This document shows positions 23,801-35,470 of a DNA stretch of 64,000 bases, one piece after another. A program made the translations under genes and the position numbers. Numbering within the stretch: the stretch's first letter is position 1; each line of letters begins with the position of its first letter. Below the pieces are notes generated by a model. That model made no database searches. It saw nothing but the letters and a program-made list of their open reading frames with translations, and was not told the origin of the DNA. The stretch lies in assembly GCA_002269645.1 (NCBI GenBank), contig NIVC01003859.1:1-64000 (forward strand). The letters are read 5' to 3'. The DNA comes from Macrostomum lignano (lineage: Eukaryota).

Positions 23801-26800
23801 GTGCGATGCCGCTCTCAGAGACTTGGTGACCTAGGTACGTGACGCTCCGGTAGGCAAAGAAGCTCTTGCCTGGGTTCAGCTTCAGCTTGGCAGACCGCAG
23901 TCGATGCAGCACCTTGGACAGTGACTGAACGTGGTTCTCAAAGTCCCTGTTGAAGATGATCAGGTCATCAATGTACGCGATGACCTCCTCCCAGCTCAGG
24001 CCGGTCATGATGAGCTCCATCATTCGCTGGTACGTCGCAGGCGCGTTGCACATGCCGAATCCCATTTTGCGGAATTGCATCAGGCCGCTCGGAGTGTAGA
24101 ACGCTGTCAACGGCCGATCCTCCTCTCTGACCTCCACCTGAAGGAAGCCTTGGCGCATGTCGATCGTAGAGAACCACGAGCAGCCAGCCAAGGAGTCGAG
24201 CGCTTGGTGCAAATGCGGCAGCGGGTGGGCGTCCTTCACTGTGAGGTTGTTCAGCGCCCGCCAGTCTACACAGACTCGGATGTCATTATTCTTCTTTCTG
24301 ACGATTATCAGGTTGCTCGCCCACGGGCTGGTGGAGGGCTCGATGACGCCGTGTTGTCGCATCTGCTCCAGCTTCTCGTCCACTTGCCTCCTGAAGGCGT
24401 GAGGCACCCGCCGAGGCCGTTGGCGAATCGGGCGAGCGCCGTCGTCCAGCTCAATCTTGTGCTGCGCTGCGCTGCTCGTACCAACGTCGAACTCATGGAC
24501 TGAGACCACGTCGGCAAATGCCCTCAGCAGCATTGCTAAACGGTTGCTGTCCTCCTCCGGCAGCTCCGGATTGATGTTGAACTGGTCTGCGGGGCCTCGC
24601 CACTCGTGCACGTCCTCGTCCTCGTCGATAACCTCCGCGCTCTCGAAGGTGCCGATGCTCTGGTTGGAGAACAGCGTGACCGGGCTGCAGCTGAGGTTGC
24701 ACACCTGAACCGGAATCTTGCCGCTTTCTGAAGACACCGCGAACACGCGGCCGGGCAGCACTCCGATTCTATCGATGAACTCCTGTGACGGCTCGAAGAT
24801 GCCATGTGCCTGCTTGGTCTCGGTCGTCACGTCCACCACTTTAACTGACCTTGGCGGTACCACGACGGCGCCCTGAACTCTGGCGATGATCACTGTGGGT
24901 ACCAAGCAACAAGACAGCGGGCCATCTTGCTTGGAATCGCAGTCACTGAACGGAACCGCCTCACCATCGAATGCGACTGTCTTGGCACCCTGGTCGATGC
25001 TGAACTGCGATCTGGCCGCCTTGCTCACGAAATCCATCCCCAGGATGAAGTTTGGGCGAATCCCTCTGACCACCAGCACGTCCATTTGTCTGCGCAGCTG
25101 ATGACTGAGTCGCACCGTAATGCTCACGCTTCCTAACAGCTCGAGAACGGAGCCGTCCACGGACACAGGCCTGACATCTGCCGGCTTCAGCTCGCAGCGA
25201 CCGTCTAGCTCTCTCAAAGCAACGTCGCTGATCAGCGAGGTCTGCGCTCCGGTGTCCAGCAGCCAGCGGCACGGCTTGCCGTTTGCCTCTCCAGGTATAA
25301 AAATAGCATGAAGCACGGGATTGCTCCTTGGGGTTGGTGTGGGTCCCGCACCCGTTGCACCAACCCTTAAAAGTTTCCCGGAGCCTTCGATGGGCAGACA
25401 GAGGCCTTGTGCCCCCGCCCAGAGCACTTGTGGCAGATGATCGGACCCGGCTGTTTCTCTCGCTGCTGACATTGCGCTGCACGGTGTCCGAGCTGGCCGC
25501 AGTTGAAGCAGCCGCCTCCTCGCTGTTGACGGCGACGCCGAGTGTCAGTACCCGACTGTACGCTGACCCTCGCGATGAGCTCCTCCATGCGTTTCTCCAG
25601 TCGGTCCAGGCGGTCCTCGCTTGGTTCTGCCGATGATGTAGCGCTGACGGCTGCGACTGCCGCCACCGACTGTCGCCCAGCCAGCTCCTCCAGCCGAGCC
25701 GCCCGCTGCAGCAGAGTCTCCAGGCTGCAGGTCTCTGCGTCCTCTGCCTTAAGCAGGTTGTCACGAATGTCGGCCTTGAGCAGCTGCAGAAGCTTGAAGC
25801 GCACATCTCGGTCTCGCTGAGCAATTGAGTCCTCCGGTCTGGCTTTCTGGTGTAGCAGCTTCAGGTTAAAGCAGAGCTCACGCAGTGTCTCGGCATCTCC
25901 ACGTTTTTTCGCGTAGAAGTCGCTCATGGCCTTAAAGCTGTCGGCTTCGCCTCCATAAAACTTTGTGAGGTCCTCCTTTATACTTTTAAAACTCTTTTGT
26001 CTTGTCTCGGCCAGGTCCCAGACGACAAGTTGGGCTTCTCCCGTGAGCAGCAGCTTCACCTTCGACGCTGAGGTCGCGTCGTCCCATTTCGCATCGTTGG
26101 CGAATTCCTCAAAGATGCGCAGCCACTTTCTCACGTCAGTGCCGTCTGTTCCACTGAACTTTGGCGGTAGAAGGGTGTTCTGGGCCATGAGTGCACTTGC
26201 ACTGGGTTCTCGCTGCCACCAATGTAAGAGCCGAGAATTTAGAGTAAGTTTACGAAGTATATTTTGATGCACGATAATTTACGAGCGATTAAATAGTCAG
26301 CGATGATAGATCGATTAAAGTGACTCACCCAACTGGGGTGGTGGGCATGTACAGAGAAGAAAGCGAGATGCAAGTACATATACTAATAGAGCAGCCCCCA
26401 CCCCGACGGCCCAAACCAAACGCAACCCTACATCACTCTCCCCCAAGAAAAATACATGGGATAAAAAAACGGGATAAAACAAAAGCAAACAAAAAAAGTT
26501 CATGCAACGCGAAAAAAGTCCCGATCAGAAAAAAGCACGTCAACAGGTCGCCGTGTAAAAATCCGGCCGCCGGCGCTGCCTGCCCGACCGGCGCACCGTG
26601 TTGCCGGGTTCAGCCGCGTCCAGGTTGCGCAGCGGCTCCCAGGCGTCCGGGCCGGCCAGCTGGCCCGCGGCGTCCTCGACGCTCTGACAGTCGTCCTCGG
26701 TGGCCGGCTTGGCTGGCGGCCTGCCGCTCAGATTCGGTCGGTCGATAAAGCGCTTCAAGCGGTCGTGGTGGACCAGCAAGCGGCGCCTGCCGTTCACAGC

Positions 26801-29800
26801 CTGCAGCCGGTAGTTCACAGGGCTGACCTTCTTAAGGACGATGAACGGGCCGGACCACCGGCTCGACAGCGACTTGCACTGGCCGCGCTTCATCGCATGG
26901 TGCGTCAGCATCACTCGGTCACCGGTCTTGAAGTCGGTAGTCTCTGCCCCTAGGTTGTAGAACTCGTGCTGCGATTTCTGGGCCGTGTGCAGGTGCGCCC
27001 GCACTACCTGAAAGCCGCGCCTGATTCTCGCCTGCAGGTCCGCGCAGTCCTGCGGCTGGTCGCGCTGCCCACCGAGTGCCAAGTCGACCGGCAGTCTGGG
27101 CTCGATGCCGCGTAGCACTTTGAACGGCGACTCGCCCGTGGAGCTGTGCTCAGAGCTGCTGTAGGCCCACACGACATAGGGCAGCAGGGCGTCCCAGCTG
27201 GCCTGATTCTCTGAGCAGAATGCGGAGAGCATGTTGCCCAGCGTCCTATTGAACCTCTCGACGTTCCCGTTGCCGCTGGGGTGAAACGGTGAGGTCCTCG
27301 ATTTTTCTGCTCCGAGCAGCGCGCAGGTCTGCTTGAAAACTTCGGCCTCAAACTGGCGACCTTGGTCCGAGTGCACGACCCCCGGAACTCCGTGCCGCAG
27401 CACCACACAGGTCACCAGAGCCTCGGCTACCGTCGTGGCGTCGATCTGGCTGAGGGCCGCCGCCTCCACCCACTTTGAAAATGGGTCGACAAAGCAGATG
27501 ATGTAGCGCTTGCCAGACTCGGTGACTGGCAGTGGGCCCTTGATGTCGAGTTGCATGACAGCCCACGGCTTGGCCGGTAGCGGCTGCCGCACCAGCTCAG
27601 CGCGCGCTCGCTTTGGCGCTCCCTTGCGTCGTTGGCAGACCAGGCAGCTCCGCACCCAGTCCCGCACGTCCTCGCGCATGTCCGGCCACCAGGAACGCTC
27701 GCGCAGAGCCCGCAGCACCCGCCGCTGACCGAGGTGACCCGCGCTCGGCCGGTCGTGCGCCTGTTGCAGCAGCTCCGCTCTCATGTGCTGGGGGATCACC
27801 GGCAACCCGTTGTGGAGCAGTGCGCCGTCCGGTGACAGCGTCAGACAGGGCAGCAGCTTCAGGACCGATGCACTCACCGCCGCCGGAACTTGAAAGTTGG
27901 GCTGGAGCATCGCGTGCCGAACCGCGTGCAGAACCTGGTCCTGGTCCTGCTCGTCAGGCAGATTAGCGATCTGGAACTGCACCGCCGCTGCTCGGCTGAG
28001 GGTGTCTGGCACGATGTTCTCCTTGCCGGGCCGGTACAGGATTTCCAGGGGGAACTCCTGAATGAGCTGTAGCCAACGTGCCAGCCGACCGGTTGGCTCC
28101 TTCGCGTTGAGCAGCCCAGTGATCGGCTTGTGGTCGGTGAACACCTGGATCTTGCAGCTGTTGCTCAGGTACATGCGGAACTGCTTGAGGCTCCAAACAA
28201 TCGCGAGCAGCTCCCGGTCCGTGGTGCTGTAGTTGCGCTCTGCCTTGCTCAGCGTCCGGGAAGCGTAGGCCACTGGCAGCTCCTGGCCGTCGCGCTCCTG
28301 GCTGAGCACCGCTCCCAAGGCCACAGCACTGCTGTCACAGCTGATGACGATAGGCCGGCTGAAGTCGGGCAGCTGGAGCACCGGGGCCTGGGTCAGCGCG
28401 TCCTTCAACTTGTTCAGCACCGCAGCATGCTCTGACGTCCACACGAAGCCGCCGCCCGCGCCTTTCTGAGCCAGGTGATGCAGCGGTTTGGCAATGTCAG
28501 AGAAGTTGGGCACGAACCTGCGGTAGAAGCTGAGCATGCCGATGATGCGTCGAACATCCTCCTCAGACTGCGGCTCCGGCATCCGCCTGATCGCCTCGAC
28601 CTTCTCCGCGGCAGGTGCGATGCCGCTCTCAGAGACTTGGTGACCTAGGTACGTGACGCTCCGGTAGGCAAAGAAGCTCTTGCCTGGGTTCAGCTTCAGC
28701 TTGGCAGACCGCAGTCGATGCAGCACCTTGGACAGTGACTGAACGTGGTTCTCAAAGTCCCTGTTGAAGATGATCAGGTCATCAATGTACGCGATGACCT
28801 CCTCCCAGCTCAGGCCGGTCATGATGAGCTCCATCATTCGCTGGTACGTCGCAGGCGCGTTGCACATGCCGAATCCCATTTTGCGGAATTGCATCAGGCC
28901 GCTCGGAGTGTAGAACGCTGTCAACGGCCGATCCTCCTCTCTGACCTCCACCTGAAGGAAGCCTTGGCGCATGTCGATCGTAGAGAACCATGAGCAGCCA
29001 GCCAAGGAGTCGAGCGCTTGGTGCAAATGCGGCAGCGGGTGGGCGTCCTTCACTGTGAGGTTGTTCAGCGCCCGCCAGTCTACACAGACTCGGATGTCAT
29101 TATTCTTCTTTCTGACGATTATCAGGTTGCTCGCCCACGGGCTGGTGGAGGGCTCGATGACGCCGTGTTGTCGCATCTGCTCCAGCTTCTCGTCCACTTG
29201 CCTCCTGAAGGCGTGAGGCACCCGCCGAGGCCGTTGGCGAATCGGGCGAGCGCCGTCGTCCAGCTCAATCTTGTGCTGCGCTGCGCTGCTCGTACCAACG
29301 TCGAACTCATGGACTGAGACCACGTCGGCAAATGCCCTCAGCAGCATTGCTAAACGGTTGCTGTCCTCCTCCGGCAGCTCCGGATTGATGTTGAACTGGT
29401 CTGCGGGGCCTCGCCACTCGTGCACGTCCTCGTCCTCGTCGATAACCTCCGCGCTCTCGAAGGTGCCGATGCTCTGGTTGGAGAACAGCGTGACCGGGCT
29501 GCAGCTGAGGTTGCACACCTGAACCGGAATCTTGCCGCTTTCTGAAGACACCGCGAACACGCGGCCGGGCAGCACTCCGATTCTATCGATGAACTCCTGT
29601 GACGGCTCGAAGATGCCATGTGCCTGCTTGGTCTCGGTCGTCACGTCCACCACTTTAACTGACCTTGGCGGTACCACGACGGCGCCCTGAACTCTGGCGA
29701 TGATCACTGTGGGTACCAAGCAACAAGACAGCGGGCCATCTTGCTTGGAATCGCAGTCACTGAACGGAACCGCCTCACCATCGAATGCGACTGTCTTGGC

Positions 29801-32800
29801 ACCCTGGTCGATGCTGAACTGCGATCTGGCCGCCTTGCTCACGAAATCCATCCCCAGGATGAAGTTTGGGCGAATCCCTCTGACCACCAGCACGTCCATT
29901 TGTCTGCGCAGCTGATGACTGAGTCGCACCGTAATGCTCACGCTTCCTAACAGCTCGAGAACGGAGCCGTCCACGGACACAGGCCTGACATCTGCCGGCT
30001 TCAGCTCGCAGCGACCGTCTAGCTCTCTCAAAGCAACGTCGCTGATCAGCGAGGTCTGCGCTCCGGTGTCCAGCAGCCAGCGGCACGGCTTGCCGTTTGC
30101 CTCTCCAGGTATAAAAATAGCATGAAGCACGGGATTGCTCCTTGGGGTTGGTGTGGGTCCCGCACCCGTTGCACCAACCCTTAAAAGTTTCCCGGAGCCT
30201 TCGATGGGCAGACAGAGGCCTTGTGCCCCCGCCCAGAGCACTTGTGGCAGATGATCGGACCCGGCTGTTTCTCTCGCTGCTGACATTGCGCTGCACGGTG
30301 TCCGAGCTGGCCGCAGTTGAAGCAGCCGCCTCCTCGCTGTTGACGGCGACGCCGAGTGTCAGTACCCGACTGTACGCTGACCCTCGCGATGAGCTCCTCC
30401 ATGCGTTTCTCCAGTCGGTCCAGGCGGTCCTCGCTTGGTTCTGCCGATGATGTAGCGCTGACGGCTGCGACTGCCGCCACCGACTGTCGCCCAGCCAGCT
30501 CCTCCAGCCGAGCCGCCCGCTGCAGCAGAGTCTCCAGGCTGCAGGTCTCTGCGTCCTCTGCCTTAAGCAGGTTGTCACGAATGTCGGCCTTGAGCAGCTG
30601 CAGAAGCTTGAAGCGCACATCTCGGTCTCGCTGAGCAATTGAGTCCTCCGGTCTGGCTTTCTGGTGTAGCAGCTTCAGGTTAAAGCAGAGCTCACGCAGT
30701 GTCTCGGCATCTCCACGTTTCCTCGCATAGAAGTCGCTCATGGCCTTAAAGCTGTCGGCTTCGCCTCCATAAAACTTTGTGAGGTCCTCCTTTATACTTT
30801 TAAAACTCTTTTGTCTTGTCTCGGCCAGGTCCCAGACGACAAGTTGGGCTTCTCCCGTGAGCAGCAACTTCACCTTCGACGCTGAGGTCGCGTCGTCCCA
30901 TTTCGCATCGTTGGCGAATTCCTCAAAGATGCGCAGCCACTTTCTCACGTCAGTGCCGTCTGTTCCACTGAACTTTGGCGGTAGAAGGGTGTTCTGGGCC
31001 ATGAGTGCACTTGCACTGGGTTCTCGCTGCCACCAATGTAAGAGCCGAGAATTTAGAGTAAGTTTACGAAGTATATTTTGATGCACGATAATTTACGAGC
31101 GATTAAATAGTCAGCGATGATAGATCGATTAAAGTGACTCACCCAACTGGGGTGGTGGGCATGTACAGAGAAGAAAGCGAGATGCAAGTACATATACTAA
31201 TAGAGCAGCCCCCACCCCGACGGCCCAAACCAAACGCAACCCTACAATATTTTATATTCAGTAAACTTAGTATGAATATAGAAAGTGCAAAAATAGGCGA
31301 AATTTGCAGAATTTGATTGGTTTTGTCGTAACCAGCTTTGTTTTGTATTTCATGCGATTTTGCTGTCTTCACGCTGGCTATTCTCTCTCCCTTTAAACGA
31401 AAAATCCAGGCTAATTTATATTTACACTAATGCTTGTCTTCTGTCGTCTGTCCTATTTCTATAAAAAGTTCGTTTCTCATGGCGGGTGGGTTTCACAAAC
31501 GCGAAATTTTGTTACCGCTAGAAGCAGTTGCTTTCATAACCGCGAAACTTTCATTTAGCTATTGTGAAGTTTCGCGGTTGTTAAAGTAGGTAACATTTAG
31601 CGGTTTTGAAGTTTCGCGTTTGTAAATTACAACAAAAATTTAGCGGTTGTGAAGTCTCGCGTCTATGAAATTTAGCGCTTATAAAGTAGGTGATTTAGCG
31701 GTTGTAAAATTTTGCGTTTGTGAAAGCAACCCCTCATGGCTACTACTTGGTACTTTGTTCTTTTATATGTGCCGGGCATTCAACGCCTAAAATATTATTA
31801 AAAAACACAGTAAGCACTGCAGTAAATTTATTTAATCAAAGAACACCGGCTGTTTGCAGGGCCGTAGCGTGGCGCTCTTGTGTGCCAGGCTCGATTCCCA
31901 ATTGCAGTCATTAATTTGGGGCAACATTGGAATCTCAGCTTGGGTCTGCTCGTGCAATTAACGCCCTTGAAGGCCAACCCCAAAGCATAGTGAAGTGTAC
32001 ATGCCTAACGATAGATAAAGTTAGGGCCGCTGTACACTCCTGTGTAGTGTGCCTGTGTGTGACTGCGTACTTATCCGCGCGCTTGTGTGCCTGTTCATGG
32101 AAGTCGGTGGAATGGGCAGCAATGCCTCTCGTTTAAAGTGCGCCAGAGTGCACACAGCCTCTAATAAAAAATATACCGGCTGTGTGCAGTAAAATATTTC
32201 TCTACCTAGTTCAATAACTAATGAAAAGTTAATTTGTTTTTTTTAGAAAGTTCTTGTTTAATACATTTATCCTCTAAAAATTCAATGCGTACTTTTATCT
32301 TTTTATGCTTCTGGGCAATGCAGCAGTTTCTGATTTGCTACGTTTCATTTTCCTTAAACACACATTCAATGCATTCCAGGTGCTAGCGATTTAAAAATGT
32401 GATCTTATTGATACGTTTCAGATTGCCAGAGGACATCAGCAGCCTCAGCCACCTTGCCAATCTTACACTTAACGAATGCTCACTAAGGAAGCTGCCAAAT
32501 ACTCTCGGCAGGTGAGCTTTCTTATTGGCTTATGCTGAATTCGCGTATATCTCGGTAGTACTGCTCATGCGCTCTTGTACCGAAATCAGCTTGTCAAGAA
32601 CTTTTATGGACCAAAATTGTTATTACTATGTGTCTTATTATGATTATGTATTATTTTGACACCTCCGAGTGCAAGGCCCCGTCACTCCAATGCTGTTATT
32701 TTTAAGACTGGGCAGCCTCTGTGTGCTGGAGGTCCGGGGCAACAAGCTCAGGTCGCTTCCTGCCTGCATCGGTCGTCTGAAGAGCCTGGAACGGCTGGAT

Positions 32801-35470
32801 GCTGGTGAAAACGAGCTAGAATTGCTAGTAAGTACCTTCCGATTTTTGCTTAGTGCAGCACTATAGAAATAAAACTATCCAGGAATTTTTGTATTTTCGG
32901 CTAGTTTCTACTGTTCATACTGTTCAATTAATTGCTTTGTCCATTTCATGACAGTGACCAGCAACTTTTGTCCTCCCTTTTGACACCCAGCCAGAATCCT
33001 TTGGCGAGCTGCAAAGCCTGTGTGACTGCTGGCTGGACAAGAACCGCCTGTCTTGCCTGCCCGCGTCTATCGGCCAGCTGACCAGCCTCAGCTTCTTCGA
33101 CTTGTCTGGAAACCGCATCGAGACCCTGCCGCACGAACTGGGCCTCTGCGCCGCCCTGTGTGATCTCAACTTGAGCGCCAATCTGCTGCGCTGCCTGCCA
33201 GACACCGTGGACGGACTGACTGGCCTGGCTGGCCTCCGGCTCGATGCCAACCGGCTGCTGCAGCTGCCGCAGAGCATCGGCCGTCTGTCCGCTCTATGTG
33301 ACCTAAACATCAGCAGCAACCTGCTGGCCTGTCTGCCACCCACCATTGGCCTGCTGCGCCAGCTGCAAACTCTGCATGCCGACTGCAACCGGCTGACGGA
33401 GCTGCCCTCCAGCATCGGAAGCTGCTCCAGCCTCACAATTCTGTCTCTGCGAGCCAACCTGCTGAGGTTCGTGCCGGACGAGATCGGCCACCTGCAGGAG
33501 CTGCGGGTTCTGAACCTGAGTGCCAACAGGCTCGACTGCCTGCCAATCTCCATGCTGCGGCTGCCCGACCTGCAGGCTCTGTGGCTCAGCGACAACCAGA
33601 CCGAACCGCTGCCCCGTCTGCAGCCCGAAGATGTCCTTGCAGGCAAGGCCGTTTTGCGGGTTCTCACTTGCTACCTGCTGCCCCAGCTGCCAGTTCCGCT
33701 GGCCACTCTCAGGGAGGAAGACGAGCTCGATGACTTCAACTCCATGGAGAGGCAGCGCACCGTTCAGTTCGCTGTGGACGGCGGCGAATCACCCAGCGAT
33801 GCCGCTGAGGACCGCCACCTGCCCAAGGATCTGCCCGACGGACGGCGGCGGGTCTGGGCCGCCTGCGTCCCCACATCCACGGAGCGAGTGGGCCTGGTAT
33901 GTACCGAGTGGGATGCGTTGTCCATGTTTAAGCAGTTGATCGAGTGTATTTGGCAGGGAGTTAGACAACTTCAGGCCTTAAAAATAAATTCCTAGTTGTA
34001 TAGCTGCTCTAATTGCTTCTTTGCTGTGCCTAATAAAGTTTTTTTTTACCTTGGCTACTGTTGAGCGACAGTCATTTTATTCACGCTTGTGCCTGCTAAC
34101 CGAGTATTTAATCTCATTACATCTAACCTCTAAAGTAATACCAGCTAATTCGTGCCAACTAACTATAATCCCACTGAGCAGTCAACGGCTCTGGGTGTTC
34201 AGGCCAGCTGCCTGCGCCGGTGCTTGCCCTGCGTGACGTCAAATTCGAGCAGCGCCGAGTCTGCAGCCCATTATCTGCCTCACCTTCCAACTCTGGGGAA
34301 TCCAGATGGAGTCACCACCGAGGTCGCCAACTCCCCGAGCGATGATGCTGCAAAAACGACTACTGCAGCCTCCCGGCAAAACCCGTTGGACCTGGTCAGC
34401 CCGCTGTCGACTTCGTCACCTCTAAGCGGCCACCAAGCAGTGAGCAATGGCTCAGATCCCAATAATAACAACAATGGAACTTCGGATGCGTACGAGATGG
34501 TTTTGCTGCAAGTACGAATGAAACTCATTTCGATTGGCTCAACTTATTTTTTAATTTAGGTGTGACGTTTGGCTTGAATTCCTAACCAATAATGGTTCGT
34601 TTTATTGTCGTTTTTCATTTATGTCACTATAAATTCCATTTAATGAAACTGCCCCTGCAGGATGCGACTCCCGTTGCCACAATCCGCATCAGACCTGGCG
34701 ACCACTCGCACTCGCACCTCCGCCAGCACTACGGCTACGACTCTGACGGGGGCTTGCCCGCCGCTCGTGTGCGCTCCCTACCCGCCACGGTCGCCCCGTT
34801 GTCAAGGCGCGGAAGCCATCCTGGCTCGCAGCTGCCGCCTATCGCCCAGTCAGAGTCTGCGCTAACACCGCCGCTTCATCAGCCGCCGCCGCCGCCACCA
34901 CCGCCGCCGCGTGGCCCTCACTGGCCCACCGCACCCTCCGGCCCCGCCGCCCCGATTGCAGTTCCTGAGGACTCCGCGAGCAGCGACAGCGGCTACGGTG
35001 GCCGCCGACCAGCCCCAGCGCCACCTCCCGCCAGGTCGCCGCCGCCACCCCCGCCTCAAATTCACAACCTGCCGCCTTCCAGCGGAATTCGCGTCCCACC
35101 AGTTCGCACTTCCACTGCCAGCGTTGCCGTTCTACCTGATGCCGACTTTAGAAGTGGCGGCAGCTCAAGCGAGTTCAGTGTCCCAGTTGCCGCCGCTGCT
35201 AGCACTCTGCTGCTGTGGGTGACGATCGACCGCGGCCCGACTCTCGGCTTCAGCGTGTCCGGTGGCGCCGACACTGCCGAAGGTGGCGTATTCGTATCCC
35301 GCCTCCTGCCCAACTGCCCCGCCTCGGACCTGCTGAGGTTTGGGGATCGAATCCTGCAGGTGAACGAAATGCCATTTGGCGGTCTGAGCCACTCTGAGGC
35401 AGTGCAGTTCTTGAAGGCACAGGGCAGAGTGCGGCTGCTAATCCAGCGCTCTGTATCATCAGAGCCGTGA
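20807..35470 (+). CDS. LAP-family protein (LRR array + LAP-specific region + one C-terminal PDZ), ~873 aa, 8 coding exons
   Basis: Exons 20807-20974, 21070-21187, 21258-21336, 32422-32511, 32707-32827, 32991-33896, 34182-34511 and 34661-35470; all GT-AG with consistent phases. LRRs LxxLxLxxNxLxxLP; LAP-typical LQALWLSDNQ..PLP.LQ and VLTCYLLPQ; PDZ LGFSVSGG...GDRILQVN. Erbin/Densin/LET-413-like; exact orthology not determinable. Exon 6/7 boundaries are less certain. Confidence 0.88.
21727..25366 (-). pseudogene. pol: pol of Gypsy copy 1; one-base deletion at ~22721 shifts the frame in the integrase
   Basis: Copy 1 reads cagtggccc where copy 2 reads cagtgggccc; ORF is split into 22614-25472 and 21727-22752. 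A sequencing error is possible. Confidence 0.8.
25367..26188 (-). CDS. gag: gag of Gypsy copy 1 (273 aa, two CCHC knuckles)
   Basis: PPKFSGTDG..W..F; CFNCGQLGHRAAQC and CHKCSGRGHKASVC. Confidence 0.92.
   Translation of the reverse strand: MAQNTLLPPKFSGTDGTDVRKWLRIFEEFANDAKWDDATSASKVKLLLTGEAQLVVWDLAETRQKSFKSIKEDLTKFYGGEADSFKAMSDFYAKKRGDAETLRELCFNLKLLHQKARPEDSIAQRDRDVRFKLLQLLKADIRDNLLKAEDAETCSLETLLQRAARLEELAGRQSVAAVAAVSATSSAEPSEDRLDRLEKRMEELIARVSVQSGTDTRRRRQQRGGGCFNCGQLGHRAAQCQQREKQPGPIICHKCSGRGHKASVCPSKAPGNF
26540..30180 (-). CDS. pol: Intact pol of Gypsy copy 2 (PR-RT-RH-INT), reached by -1 frameshift
   Basis: LLDTGA, AYIDDL, DSSAVALGAVL, TDHKP, H..GH..CLVC, DIKGP/SDQGRQF/NVERFN, WSGPF; uninterrupted frame. 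Confidence 0.95.
30145..30193 (-). promoter_or_regulatory. -1 ribosomal frameshift signal (G GGA AAC + stem-loop); second copy at 25331-25379
   Basis: Heptamer GGGAAAC at the gag end (CCG GGA AAC TTT TAA), followed 6 nt later by GGGTTGGTG...CACCAACCC, a perfect 9-bp stem. Confidence 0.8.
30181..31002 (-). CDS. gag: gag of Gypsy copy 2
   Basis: As copy 1 except one K>R change. Confidence 0.92.
   Translation of the reverse strand: MAQNTLLPPKFSGTDGTDVRKWLRIFEEFANDAKWDDATSASKVKLLLTGEAQLVVWDLAETRQKSFKSIKEDLTKFYGGEADSFKAMSDFYARKRGDAETLRELCFNLKLLHQKARPEDSIAQRDRDVRFKLLQLLKADIRDNLLKAEDAETCSLETLLQRAARLEELAGRQSVAAVAAVSATSSAEPSEDRLDRLEKRMEELIARVSVQSGTDTRRRRQQRGGGCFNCGQLGHRAAQCQQREKQPGPIICHKCSGRGHKASVCPSKAPGNF
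31484..31732. mobile_element. 249-bp MITE with 8-bp TSD (Merlin-like or other GG-terminal family)
   Basis: TSD CTCATGGC at 31476-31483 and 31733-31740; TIR GGGT(G/T)G(G/C)TTTCACAAACGC(G/A)AAATTT; internal tttagcggttgtgaa/tttcgcg repeats. Confidence 0.8.

Larger units (their letters stand above)
21410..31246 (-). mobile_element. Tandem Gypsy dimer LTR-int-LTR-int-LTR in LAP intron 3, antisense to the host gene
   Basis: Three 210-bp LTRs (21410-21619, 26223-26432, 31037-31246) that read as identical; units of 4813 and 4814 bp; single 4-bp TSD ATAT. PBS TGGTGGCAGCG (complementary to the tRNA-Leu 3' end) and PPT GGGGGAGAG. Confidence 0.95.

Noticed and set aside
21507-30638. Many antisense and alternate-frame ORFs in the Gypsy dimer (e.g. 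287 aa at 24961-25824)
   Set aside because: By-products of GC-rich coding sequence.
33897-33995. Extension of the LRR ORF to the stop at 33995
   Set aside because: A good donor (CTG|gtatgt) at 33896/7 and in-phase downstream exons leading to the PDZ domain indicate this stretch is intronic.
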